Assembly (NCBI GenBank): GCA_965236175.1
Contig: CBDEAT010000003.1
Location: forward strand, 7,759-47,758
From: Candidatus Pelagibacterales bacterium
GTDB taxonomy: Bacteria > Pseudomonadota > Alphaproteobacteria > Pelagibacterales > Pelagibacteraceae
DNA: 40,000 nucleotides
Direction of reading: 5' to 3'
Shown here: piece after piece, positions 13,402 through 22,885 of the stretch
Position numbering within the stretch: the first letter of the stretch is position 1
Layout: every line of letters starts with the position of its first letter
The notes under the pieces: generated by a model
The model's database searches: none
Told to the model about the DNA's origin: nothing
Seen by the model: the letters and a program-made list of their open reading frames with translations, nothing else
Position numbers and translations under genes: made by a program

Positions 13402-14031
13402 TTAAGTTGTACTACGTTTAATATTACTAATTTTAAGAATATAAGATTCATCAGATGTAATGCTTCTAAATTTTTCTAGATCAAAAGTATATTTTTTTTT
13501 AGCATCCTCTAATTCATGTTGATAAGTTTTACCCTTCATTAGTATAATACTTTTAATTTTATCATTATTTTTGAAAAGAATATCTATTGTGTCGATTACC
13601 TTCTTGAATGCTCTTGAAACTATTGTTGAGATTTTGCTAAATTTATAATCTTCTAGCCTTACATTCTGTATTTTTAATGTTAGGCCTAATTTATTTGATA
13701 AATCATTTAAGAATTTGCATTTTTTTGGACTTTTATCTATCAATACAATATTTCCTTCTACTTTTTTACTATCCATCAAAATCTTTATTATAACTCCTGG
13801 AAATCCAGCTCCTGAACCTATATCGACAATTTCAGATTTATCATCAATTAAATCGTATATTTGGGCAGAATCTGTAAAATGTCTTGAAAAAATATGATTT
13901 TCTGTTGTTTTTCCTATTAAATTCAATAATTTGTTATTTTCTAATAAAAAATGATTATATATGTTTAATTTTTCAATTGTTTCACGTGAAACATTGAATT
14001 TTTTAATAAAAAATTCAATATCCTTGTCCAT
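13402..14031 (-). CDS. rsmG: 16S rRNA (guanine527-N7)-methyltransferase RsmG (GidB)
   Basis: It has the SAM-binding motif DIGSGAGFPG and sits in the mnmG-rsmG-parAB arrangement. Confidence 0.9.
   Translation of the reverse strand: MDKDIEFFIKKFNVSRETIEKLNIYNHFLLENNKLLNLIGKTTENHIFSRHFTDSAQIYDLIDDKSEIVDIGSGAGFPGVIIKILMDSKKVEGNIVLIDKSPKKCKFLNDLSNKLGLTLKIQNVRLEDYKFSKISTIVSRAFKKVIDTIDILFKNNDKIKSIILMKGKTYQHELEDAKKKYTFDLEKFRSITSDESYILKISNIKRSTT
13978..13993. promoter_or_regulatory. parS: parS centromere-like site (perfect consensus palindrome)
   Basis: TGTTTCACGTGAAACA is read directly from the sequence. It lies inside the 5' end of rsmG (codons NVSRET), about 600 bp upstream of parA. Confidence 0.85.
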
Positions 14032-14036
14032 ATATT

Positions 14037-15905
14037 CTATGATGCTTTTCTAAGAGTATTTTTACAATAAATCATCAATATATTGATTGCAGCCGGTGTC
14101 ACGCCATCTATTCTTAAAGCCTGACCAAAAGTTAATGGTCTTATATCCTTAAGTTTTCTTTTAATCTCATTTGAAAGACCAGAAACGTTATCATAATCAA
14201 TATTTTTAGGTATTACGAGATTTTCATCCTTTTCAAATATGCTTATGTCTCTTTTTTGTTGTTCGATATAACCACTATAATGGGACTCTGTTTTTATTAA
14301 GTCTTCTATTTCATCTTCATACTTTGGTATATCTGAAAAAATGGCTCTTATTTTTTCTAAGGTCACATCTTTAAATTTTAAAATCTGTAAAAGAGATTTT
14401 TTTCTGCCATCTTGAGAGATTTTAATTCCATTTTTTTTTAAAACGGTAGGTGATACTATTTTATTTGACAAAATAATCTTAAAGTCATTTAAGTCATTGA
14501 TTTTATTGATAAATTTAGACTTCCTAATTTCAGAAATAAAATTATTTTTAATTGCCAAAGGAGTTAATCTTAAATCTGCATTATCAGCTCTCAGTGTTAA
14601 TCTATATTCAGCTCGGGATGTAAACATCCTGTAAGGTTCGCTTACACCTTTGGTAATTAAATCATCAATCATCACTCCAATATAAGACTGGGATCTTTCA
14701 AATTTTATTGGTTCTAAATTTTTAACGGACTGAGCGGCATTAAGACCTGCTACAATTCCTTGTGCAGCAGCCTCTTCATATCCTGTTGTTCCGTTAATTT
14801 GACCGGCAAGGTATAAATTTTCTATTTTTTTTGTTTTAAGGGTAAAATCTAATTCTGTTGGGAACACATAATCATACTCAATTGCATACCCAGGTCTTAT
14901 CATGCGAACATTCTCTAAACCATTGATTTTGAATAGTATTTCTTGCTGAATCTCCTTTGGCAGAGAAGTAGATATACCATTTGGGTACACTATATTTGTT
15001 GTAAGACTTTCTGGTTCTAAAAAAATTTGATGACGTTGCTTATCTTTAAATTTTACAATCTTATCTTCTATAGATGGGCAGTATCTAGGACCAACGCTTT
15101 TAATAGATCCTGAATACATTGCGCTACGTTTTAAATTTTTTTCAATAATCTTATGAACCTTGTCATTAGTATAAGTCATCCCACATGAAATCTGTTTGGC
15201 ATTAATTTTTTTTGTTAAATATGAAAAGAAGAAAGGTTTTTCATCAGCATCTTGCATTTCAAGTTCTTCGTAATTAATAGTTGTTCCATCAAGTCTTGGT
15301 GGCGTACCAGTTTTCAATCTACCAATTTTAAAATTTAATTTTTTTAACTGCTCACTTAATCCTAAGGTTGGTTTTTCATCTATTCTCCCTGCAGAAATCT
15401 TTTCATCTCCAATATGAATTAGACCATTTAAAAAAGTGCCAGTTGTTAAAATAAATTTTTTTGCAGAAAGTGAATTTCCAGACTGGGTTTGGATTGAAAT
15501 TATTTTATTTTTACTAAATTCAAACTTTGTTACTGGATCGTAAAAAAGACTTAAATTACAATAGCTTAACAGCATTTCTTGCATATATTTTTTATAAAGC
15601 TCTCTATCAGATTGAGTTCTGGGTCCTCTAACAGCATGACCTCTGCTACTATTTAATAATCTAAATTGTATTCCTGATTTATCGGCAACAATTCCCATCA
15701 CGCCATCCAATGCATCAATTTCTCTGACTAAATGACCTTTGCCTAATCCGCCTATTGCAGGATTACATGACATTTCACCAATTGTAGAAAGTGAATTTGT
15801 AATAAGAGCAGTATTAACCCCCGATCTTGCAGAAGCAGCAGCAGCTTCGCAACCAGCGTGCCCAGCTCCAATCACAATTACATCAAAATTTTTCTCTAAA
15901 TTCAT
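14037..15905 (-). CDS. mnmG: tRNA uridine-5-carboxymethylaminomethyl modification enzyme MnmG (GidA)
   Basis: An intact 622-aa ORF with the FAD motif [14 protein letters not shown] and GidA core motifs throughout. Confidence 0.97.
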   Translation of the reverse strand: MNLEKNFDVIVIGAGHAGCEAAAASARSGVNTALITNSLSTIGEMSCNPAIGGLGKGHLVREIDALDGVMGIVADKSGIQFRLLNSSRGHAVRGPRTQSDRELYKKYMQEMLLSYCNLSLFYDPVTKFEFSKNKIISIQTQSGNSLSAKKFILTTGTFLNGLIHIGDEKISAGRIDEKPTLGLSEQLKKLNFKIGRLKTGTPPRLDGTTINYEELEMQDADEKPFFFSYLTKKINAKQISCGMTYTNDKVHKIIEKNLKRSAMYSGSIKSVGPRYCPSIEDKIVKFKDKQRHQIFLEPESLTTNIVYPNGISTSLPKEIQQEILFKINGLENVRMIRPGYAIEYDYVFPTELDFTLKTKKIENLYLAGQINGTTGYEEAAAQGIVAGLNAAQSVKNLEPIKFERSQSYIGVMIDDLITKGVSEPYRMFTSRAEYRLTLRADNADLRLTPLAIKNNFISEIRKSKFINKINDLNDFKIILSNKIVSPTVLKKNGIKISQDGRKKSLLQILKFKDVTLEKIRAIFSDIPKYEDEIEDLIKTESHYSGYIEQQKRDISIFEKDENLVIPKNIDYDNVSGLSNEIKRKLKDIRPLTFGQALRIDGVTPAAINILMIYCKNTLRKAS

Positions 15906-15952
15906 AGGGGGTTTATATATCCCATTAACTCAAAAGATAAGGTATTTTTATT

Positions 15953-17278
15953 CTATTTCCCGATACAGAAATCTTTAAAGATTCTATCTAACAATTCTTC
16001 AACATTAACATATCCGACTATTTCTCCAAGATTTCTGACTGCCAATCTTAAATCTTCTGCTGCAAGGTCAATCTGCTCTATAGATTTTTTATTAAGGCAT
16101 CTTTGGATAAAAAACACTGTATTTTCAAGGTTTTTTTTATGTCTTTGTCTTGAAATTATATTGTCTAGATTAACTTTAAAATGTTCATCAATTTTTTCTG
16201 ATATTGTTTTAACAAGATTACTAATTCCTATATTTTTTTTTACTGAAATTCTAATTGGTTTATATATTTTTTCTTCTAAAATTTTATTTGAACTTTTAAT
16301 ATCAATTTTATTTAGAACTAAAATTGATTTTATATCAAATAATTTCAAAACTTTTTTATCTAATTTTTTTGTGTGATCAAAAATTATTAATTTTAAATCA
16401 GAATCTTTTAAATTTTTATTGGTTAAAAGAATGCCTTTTTTCTCGATAATGTTTTTTGAATTTCTTAAGCCAGCTGTATCAAAGAATCTAACTAACTTTC
16501 CATTTAACATAATACTTGTTTCTATAAGATCACGCGTTGTACCGGGTATATTAGAAACAATAGACACTTGCCTATTAGCTAAACAATTAATTAAGGATGA
16601 TTTCCCAGAATTAGTTGGTCCTATAATTGAAACCCTAAATCCCTCTCTAATTTTCTCAGAATTCTCACCATTGAGTATTATTTGTCTAATTTTATCATTT
16701 ATTTTCAATAACTTATCTCTATTATTTGAAAATACATTATCTCCAACTTCGTCATCGGAGAAATCAATGACAGCCTCATAATCTGAGAGTATTTTGATCA
16801 TTTCATTTCTTAAACCAGTGTAAATTTTTGTTGTATCTTCGTTCATTACTTTTAAAGCCTGAATTCTTTGAAGTTCTGTTTCTGAATTTATTAAATCAAT
16901 TAAACTTTCAGCCTGTAATAAATTAATTTTTTTATTAAGAAGGGCAGTTTTAGTAAATTCGCCTGGTTTAGCTAATCTACAGTTCTTAAAATTAGATAAA
17001 GTTTTTAAAAAATATTTAATAACAGCATTGCTTCCATGAACATGAAATTCAACCACATCATCTCCAGTGTAGCTATTAGGTTTTGGAAAAAATATAAAAA
17101 TCCCTTTATCAATGATCTTATTTTTCTGATCATAAAATGAAGAAAAATTAGCTACTCTCGGCTTAATTTTTTTAAATTTAGTTATGGTTTTAGCTATCTT
17201 AAAGGCCTCTTTTCCAGAGACTCTTATAACTGCCAAACCAGATGTTCCGGGGGCTGTAGCTAACGCGAATATTGACAT
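15953..17278 (-). CDS. mnmE: tRNA modification GTPase MnmE (TrmE)
   Basis: An intact 441-aa ORF with the G1 motif GPTNSGKSSL, DTAG, NKID and the C-terminal CIGK. Confidence 0.95.
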   Translation of the reverse strand: MSIFALATAPGTSGLAVIRVSGKEAFKIAKTITKFKKIKPRVANFSSFYDQKNKIIDKGIFIFFPKPNSYTGDDVVEFHVHGSNAVIKYFLKTLSNFKNCRLAKPGEFTKTALLNKKINLLQAESLIDLINSETELQRIQALKVMNEDTTKIYTGLRNEMIKILSDYEAVIDFSDDEVGDNVFSNNRDKLLKINDKIRQIILNGENSEKIREGFRVSIIGPTNSGKSSLINCLANRQVSIVSNIPGTTRDLIETSIMLNGKLVRFFDTAGLRNSKNIIEKKGILLTNKNLKDSDLKLIIFDHTKKLDKKVLKLFDIKSILVLNKIDIKSSNKILEEKIYKPIRISVKKNIGISNLVKTISEKIDEHFKVNLDNIISRQRHKKNLENTVFFIQRCLNKKSIEQIDLAAEDLRLAVRNLGEIVGYVNVEELLDRIFKDFCIGK

Positions 17279-17309
17279 AAAAAAACGATATGATTTAGTT
17301 TTAATATAA

Positions 17310-17765
17310 ATGTCAACTTTCCAATTATCTTTTAAAACAAAACTAGGCTTTATGTCAGTTATAGAAAATGAAGGTTATATTACTGATATTACTTTTAGAA
17401 AAATAACAACACAAAGAAGTACCACCCAATTACTGAAAGTTAAAAATCAAATAAAACTATTTTTAAATAAAAAAATAAAAAAACTTACCTTCAAAACAAA
17501 AACTGTTGGATCAAAAACACAATTAAAAGTTTGGAATGAAATTAAAAAAATACCTTATGCGAAAACTGTATCTTATAATTTTATTTCTAAAAAAACCAAA
17601 ATACATCCACGACATGTTGGGAGAATTTGTGGTCAAAACAGATTATTACTTTTTATTCCGTGTCATAGAGTGATTAGGTCCGATGGTTTATTAGGTGGTT
17701 TTTCAGCAAAGCACGGCGTTAAGTTGAAAAGTAAAATTCTTAAAATTGAAGAATTAAATAAATAA
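17310..17765 (+). CDS. ogt: Methylated-DNA--protein-cysteine methyltransferase
   Basis: The active-site motif IPCHRVIRSDG lies in the C-terminal domain. Confidence 0.85.
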   Translation: MSTFQLSFKTKLGFMSVIENEGYITDITFRKITTQRSTTQLLKVKNQIKLFLNKKIKKLTFKTKTVGSKTQLKVWNEIKKIPYAKTVSYNFISKKTKIHPRHVGRICGQNRLLLFIPCHRVIRSDGLLGGFSAKHGVKLKSKILKIEELNK

Positions 17766-18929
17766 ACCCTTATTAGCTATGCTAACAAAATTATTTTTAA
17801 TAAAAAAATTCTTATCAAGATTAGAAAGTGTATTCTTTCTTATGAAAGCATAGCTATCGATCTTAACATCAAATATTTTTCTAATGCCGTCGATCAATGC
17901 TGCAAAAGTAAAATTATTTAAATTTGTCTCATCTAAATATTTTTTAATAAAAATATCATTGCCGATTTCTAGACCTAAATTTTCGCAATATTTAGTAACT
18001 TTAATTAGAGAAAATATATTTCTTAAAGTCATATTCCAACCCTGGCCAGCTATGGGATGAATTTTATTAGCTATCTCACCAAATAGTAAAGTTCTTTTGG
18101 AATCTTTTAACTCATTAAAAATATAATTTAGATTAAACTTATTAATCTCAGAGATAGAAATTATTTCTTTAAATAATTCTTTAAAATGATTATTAAAAAA
18201 TTTTGATAAATAATTATTATTTGATACATATTTTTCATTAACTGAATTATTTTTAATAGACCAAATTACAGAAGTCTCAGTGCTTGAAACTGGAAGAAAA
18301 GCCAAAGGTCCATCTTTTAAAAAAAATTGTCTTGCAGAGTTATTTATAATTTTTTTATGAAATAGATTAAAAACATAAGCATTCTCATTATAAGACCTAT
18401 CTACAACTTTTCTTAATTTGAATTTTGATAATAAAGAAAGATTATTAGCAGAAGCAAAAATAATAAGATTATAATTTTCTTTAATTAGATCTTTAAAAGT
18501 AATTTCTTTAAAAAATTTATTGTCATTAATCGATGATATTTCTTTCTTAATGAAATTAATATTTTTTAAACTTTTTAATTTTTTTTTAATATTTAAAAAT
18601 AAAGTATTACCATCAATAATGTAAGCTAAAGCTTCTTTATTGTTAGATGCAGCGAATTGAAGATCTTGTTTTAAGCTTATGGATGAATAAGAATCGTGTA
18701 AATAAATATTCTTAACAATATTAGATTTTTTTTTAATATCTTTTAGTCCGTAAAGACATAATTGATCTAAGGAATTCTTGCTTAATGCTATTTTTGTTGG
18801 GTTAATTTTTTTTTTATTAAAATCCTGTTCAACTATGTCTATTTGTAATCTAAATTTTGATAACAAATAAGCAATCGTTAAGCCTGTAAGACCTGAACCA
18901 ATAATACAAATTTTTTGAGAGTTAAGCAT
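17754..18929 (-). CDS. UbiH/UbiF/VisC/COQ6-family FAD-dependent monooxygenase (ubiquinone biosynthesis hydroxylase)
   Basis: It has an N-terminal Rossmann motif (ICIIGSGLTGL) and a C-terminal HPIAGQGWN motif. Confidence 0.75.
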   Translation of the reverse strand: MLNSQKICIIGSGLTGLTIAYLLSKFRLQIDIVEQDFNKKKINPTKIALSKNSLDQLCLYGLKDIKKKSNIVKNIYLHDSYSSISLKQDLQFAASNNKEALAYIIDGNTLFLNIKKKLKSLKNINFIKKEISSINDNKFFKEITFKDLIKENYNLIIFASANNLSLLSKFKLRKVVDRSYNENAYVFNLFHKKIINNSARQFFLKDGPLAFLPVSSTETSVIWSIKNNSVNEKYVSNNNYLSKFFNNHFKELFKEIISISEINKFNLNYIFNELKDSKRTLLFGEIANKIHPIAGQGWNMTLRNIFSLIKVTKYCENLGLEIGNDIFIKKYLDETNLNNFTFAALIDGIRKIFDVKIDSYAFIRKNTLSNLDKNFFIKNNFVSIANKGLFI

Positions 18930-19007
18930 GATTGTCTTTTCCTTTCGAATTCTATCAACTGAATATTAATGATACAAAGGTTTTAATTGTGATTCGCCAA
19001 GCAAAAT

Positions 19008-21128
19008 ATGGAAAAAATAATAACGTTTATTAAAGTAAAATTAATTGAACTTGCTGGCACAATAACTATTTTTTCTGGTCTTGCGTATTTTGTGTCTTTA
19101 ACAACCTATTCTGCCAATAATATAAGCTACGTTTTCCCCTCAGAAAAAAATATTCATAATAAATTTTTCTCTTTTTTTTATTATCTTTCTGATTTTTTTC
19201 TTCAAGCTTTTGGCGTTTTGGCATTTTTAATATTTCTTAATTTAATTATTTGGGGCGGGTATTTAATTATTAAAAAAAAAATTGAAAATTTTTCTATAAA
19301 ATTATTATTCTTAATTTTATCTATTATTTTCGGAGCTTTATTTTTCTCAATCAATATTGATCAAAGTTTTTGGCTTCCTGATAATGGCTTTGGGGGTTTT
19401 GTTGCTAATTTTATTTCTGAAAAATTAAATATAAAAAATAATTCGTTTGGTGCTTATCTTTCAGTTATTTTTGTATGCATATCTCTCATATGTTTTTATT
19501 TGAGTGCAGGATTAAATATTCAAGAATGGAAAACTGTTTTTGTAACTATAAATAATTTATTAAGTTTTTTCCCAAAATTAATATTTAAAATATATATTAA
19601 AAGGAAAAATACTGAAGAAATTGCCATTAACGCACCTATACAGGAAAATATTACTCAAAAAATTCAAGAAGAAGTCCCAGTACAAGAGGTTTCGCCTCAA
19701 CAACAACTTCCTCTGGAAAGCACAAAGGTTGAAAAATCTACAAGCTTTAAAATTCCTCCAATAAAATTACTTGATGATCCAGTAAAAATTGAAAATCAAT
19801 TAGATGAGGAAAGTTATAAAACGCAATCAAAATTTCTCGAAAATGTTCTTTTAGATTTTAGTATTTCAGGTGAAATAAAAAGAGTAAGCGCTGGACCTGT
19901 TGTAACTTTATATGAATTTGAACCAACTGCAGGAATTAAAACATCAAAAATTATAAATCTTTCTGAAGACATAGCCCGTAACACAAGTTCTATATCAACT
20001 AGAGTAGCAACCGTTCCGGGCAAAAGCACCATAGGAATAGAAATACCAAACAAGGTAAGAGAAAATGTTGCTTTAAAAGAAATAATTTCTAGCAAAGAAT
20101 TTAATAATAAAGACATTAAAATTCCAATAACTCTTGGAAAAAGTATTTCAGGATTTCCAATTGTTGGAGACTTGGTTTCTATGCCACATCTTTTAATTGC
20201 TGGAACAACTGGATCTGGAAAATCAGTCTGTATTAATACTTTAATCCTATCAATTCTTTACAGACACAAACCTGATGACTGCAAACTTATTATGATTGAT
20301 CCAAAAATGTTGGAGCTTTCTATCTATCAAGGAATCCCTCATCTACTAACGCCTGTTATTACTGAACCTAAAAAAGCAACAACAGCTCTAAAATGGGTCG
20401 TTAAAGAAATGGAAAAAAGATACCGAGAAATGACTGAAATTGGAGTGAGAAATATTTCAGGATTTAACGAGAAAGCATCTTCTGAGAGTAGAAAAAAAAT
20501 GCCTTACATTGTTGTGATAGTTGATGAAATGGCTGATTTAATGATGATTGCAGGCAAAGAAATTGAGAACTACATACAAAGACTTGCGCAGATGGCTAGG
20601 GCTGCTGGTATTCATATAGTTATGGCAACTCAAAGACCAAGTGTTGATGTCATCACAGGTACAATTAAAGCTAATTTTCCAACTCGAATATCATTCCAGG
20701 TAACGTCAAAAATAGACAGCAGAACTATATTGGGAGAGCAGGGTGCTGAATTATTGCTTGGGAATGGCGACATGCTTTTTATGTCTTCAGCAAGTAGAAT
20801 TATAAGAATCCACGGTCCTTATGTTTCTGAAAAAGAAATAGAAAGAGTTTCAACATTCTTAAGGCTTCAAGGTTCACCAACCTACATTGAAGAAGTAACT
20901 AGAATTGAAGAACAAGAAAATGATGAGGTAGTATTAAACTCTGAAGGTAAAGATGAATTATATAATAAAGCAGTTGAAATAATTAAAACTGAAGGCAAAG
21001 CATCGACTAGTTTTTTACAAAGAAAACTTGGAATTGGTTACAATAGAGCTGCTAGAATTATTGATCAAATGGAAGAAGAAAAAATAATTAGCCCAGCAAA
21101 TCACGTAGGTAAAAGAGAAATCTATTAA
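19008..21128 (+). CDS. ftsK: DNA translocase FtsK
   Basis: It has N-terminal membrane helices, a linker, a Walker A motif (GTTGSGKS), the VVIVDEMADLMM motif and a C-terminal gamma winged-helix (LQRKLGIGYNRAARIIDQME). Confidence 0.95.
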   Translation: MEKIITFIKVKLIELAGTITIFSGLAYFVSLTTYSANNISYVFPSEKNIHNKFFSFFYYLSDFFLQAFGVLAFLIFLNLIIWGGYLIIKKKIENFSIKLLFLILSIIFGALFFSINIDQSFWLPDNGFGGFVANFISEKLNIKNNSFGAYLSVIFVCISLICFYLSAGLNIQEWKTVFVTINNLLSFFPKLIFKIYIKRKNTEEIAINAPIQENITQKIQEEVPVQEVSPQQQLPLESTKVEKSTSFKIPPIKLLDDPVKIENQLDEESYKTQSKFLENVLLDFSISGEIKRVSAGPVVTLYEFEPTAGIKTSKIINLSEDIARNTSSISTRVATVPGKSTIGIEIPNKVRENVALKEIISSKEFNNKDIKIPITLGKSISGFPIVGDLVSMPHLLIAGTTGSGKSVCINTLILSILYRHKPDDCKLIMIDPKMLELSIYQGIPHLLTPVITEPKKATTALKWVVKEMEKRYREMTEIGVRNISGFNEKASSESRKKMPYIVVIVDEMADLMMIAGKEIENYIQRLAQMARAAGIHIVMATQRPSVDVITGTIKANFPTRISFQVTSKIDSRTILGEQGAELLLGNGDMLFMSSASRIIRIHGPYVSEKEIERVSTFLRLQGSPTYIEEVTRIEEQENDEVVLNSEGKDELYNKAVEIIKTEGKASTSFLQRKLGIGYNRAARIIDQMEEEKIISPANHVGKREIY

Positions 21129-21133
21129 AATAA

Positions 21134-21685
21134 ATGAAGAGATTTTTATACATTGTCTTAACAATGTTAATTTTTTTTTGCGTTAATGTAGAAGGATCTG
21201 AAAAAGAAAGAATAATTGAAAATTTAAAAAAAATAAATTCTATTAAATTTAATTTCACTCAAATCACAAATGACATAACAGAAAATGGCAATTGTCTTAT
21301 TGTTTACCCAAAAAAAATGAGGTGCTTATACGAAGAAGAAGACAAAGAAATTATTGTAAATGATGATTACTTATTCCTTATTAATAAAAGAGAAAATAAA
21401 AATTATAACTATAATATCAAAGATACTCCTTTGGGAGTTATGTTGGACAAAGAAAATATTATAGAAAAATTATCAAAAGTAGAAAAATTTAACAAAATAG
21501 ATAAAAATATAATCGCAATCATAGATCTAAATTCTCAAGAAAGTATTGAGATATATTTTAACTCTAAAGAAATGAATATTGTAGGGTGGAAAATAAAAAA
21601 TTATGACAAATCTAATCTAGAATTCTTAATGAAAAATATTTCAATAAATATTAATACAAACGAAAAATTTGAAATCCCAAAATAA
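21134..21685 (+). CDS. lolA: Outer-membrane lipoprotein carrier LolA-like protein
   Basis: It has a signal peptide, sits in the conserved ftsK-lolA position, and is the right size at 183 aa. Sequence similarity was judged only by eye. Confidence 0.6.
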   Translation: MKRFLYIVLTMLIFFCVNVEGSEKERIIENLKKINSIKFNFTQITNDITENGNCLIVYPKKMRCLYEEEDKEIIVNDDYLFLINKRENKNYNYNIKDTPLGVMLDKENIIEKLSKVEKFNKIDKNIIAIIDLNSQESIEIYFNSKEMNIVGWKIKNYDKSNLEFLMKNISININTNEKFEIPK

Positions 21686-21689
21686 AAAG

Positions 21690-22208
21690 TTATAAATTTT
21701 CTGGATTAAAAAATATCTTTTCCGTCTTAAAAATTTTCATCCCTCGTGCAAGATAATTTTTTAAAGCATTAGGATGGTCAAGTGTACACGTATGAACCCA
21801 CGCTTTATTAATCTTTTGATTAAAAGAAGTTAATATTGCATCAGTTAATAAATACCCGCCAATTCCCTTTCCATAAAATTCTTTAAATATCCCAAAATAA
21901 GGGATCTCCATTGAAGAAGTTTTTGGATCATAAAGTAACTCATAATATCCTGCTAATTTATTATTATGTTTTAAAATATATAATTTAAAAAAATCACTAT
22001 TAATATAATCTAACCAATCTTGATCGCTCCATTTTAGTCTGTCTCTCCAGAAAAAATCTTTTCCAACTTCTTTATAAAAAAATTTACAAAAATCTATCGT
22101 TGGTTTTTTTTCTAGGATAACTTCTAAATTTTTTTCTTTGCAGTTTGATTTTATTAAATCACTTCTTGAAAGTAGATGTAGATAAAATCTATCTATGGAT
22201 CTTTCCAT
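21690..22208 (-). CDS. GNAT-family N-acetyltransferase
   Basis: It has an acetyl-CoA-binding motif (YGKGIGGYLL) and is 172 aa long. Confidence 0.7.
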   Translation of the reverse strand: MERSIDRFYLHLLSRSDLIKSNCKEKNLEVILEKKPTIDFCKFFYKEVGKDFFWRDRLKWSDQDWLDYINSDFFKLYILKHNNKLAGYYELLYDPKTSSMEIPYFGIFKEFYGKGIGGYLLTDAILTSFNQKINKAWVHTCTLDHPNALKNYLARGMKIFKTEKIFFNPENL

Positions 22209-22209
22209 G

Positions 22210-22566
22210 TTACTTATGGATCATTCTTCCTAATTTTTCTCCGCCGAAGATATGAAAATGCAGATGGGGAACTTCTTGACCACCATCGCTACCGTTATTG
22301 CCTAAATATCTGTAACCAGAAGCGGACACTCCTAGAATATTAGCAACTTTCCCCAAAGCTCGAATTAAACCTTCAATTTCATCACTTTTAGCATTAGCTG
22401 CAAAATCATTCATGTCTACATATGCGCCTTTTGGAATTACCAAAACATGAATTTTTGCCTGAGGATTAATATCTTTAAATGCAAGAGAAAACTTATCTTC
22501 ATAAATTTTATTACAGGGAATTTCTCCTCTTAAAATTTTGGCAAATATGTTATTTTGATCGTACAT
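22210..22566 (-). CDS. HIT-family (histidine triad) nucleotide hydrolase
   Basis: It has a C-terminal HLHFHIFGG histidine triad. Confidence 0.9.
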   Translation of the reverse strand: MYDQNNIFAKILRGEIPCNKIYEDKFSLAFKDINPQAKIHVLVIPKGAYVDMNDFAANAKSDEIEGLIRALGKVANILGVSASGYRYLGNNGSDGGQEVPHLHFHIFGGEKLGRMIHK

Positions 22567-22882
22567 TTTTTTTTCTATTCTTCTTCTCTTGAATTCCTGA
22601 AATTCTTTGTCTTCTCTTTAACTCTTTCATAATTGAAGCTATTGAAATTTTTTTAAACTCAAGAAGAACTAAAAAATGATATAATAAATCTGATGCTTCA
22701 TGAACTATATTTTTTTTATTAGAATATTTAGATGAGGCTGCAAGTTCTCTTGCCTCTTCCATAAATTTTTTTATACAAAAGTTTTTTCCTTTACTAAAAA
22801 GGTTTGCGGTATAAGAAATTTTAGGATTTTTATATTTGTTTTTTTTAATCTTTTTTATTAAAAATAATAAATCTTTGAACAT
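22550..22882 (-). CDS. hisE: Phosphoribosyl-ATP pyrophosphatase HisE
   Basis: The EEARELA...HEASDLLYHFLVLL motifs are typical of standalone HisE. Confidence 0.85.
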   Translation of the reverse strand: MFKDLLFLIKKIKKNKYKNPKISYTANLFSKGKNFCIKKFMEEARELAASSKYSNKKNIVHEASDLLYHFLVLLEFKKISIASIMKELKRRQRISGIQEKKNRKKNVRSK

Positions 22883-22885
22883 AAA

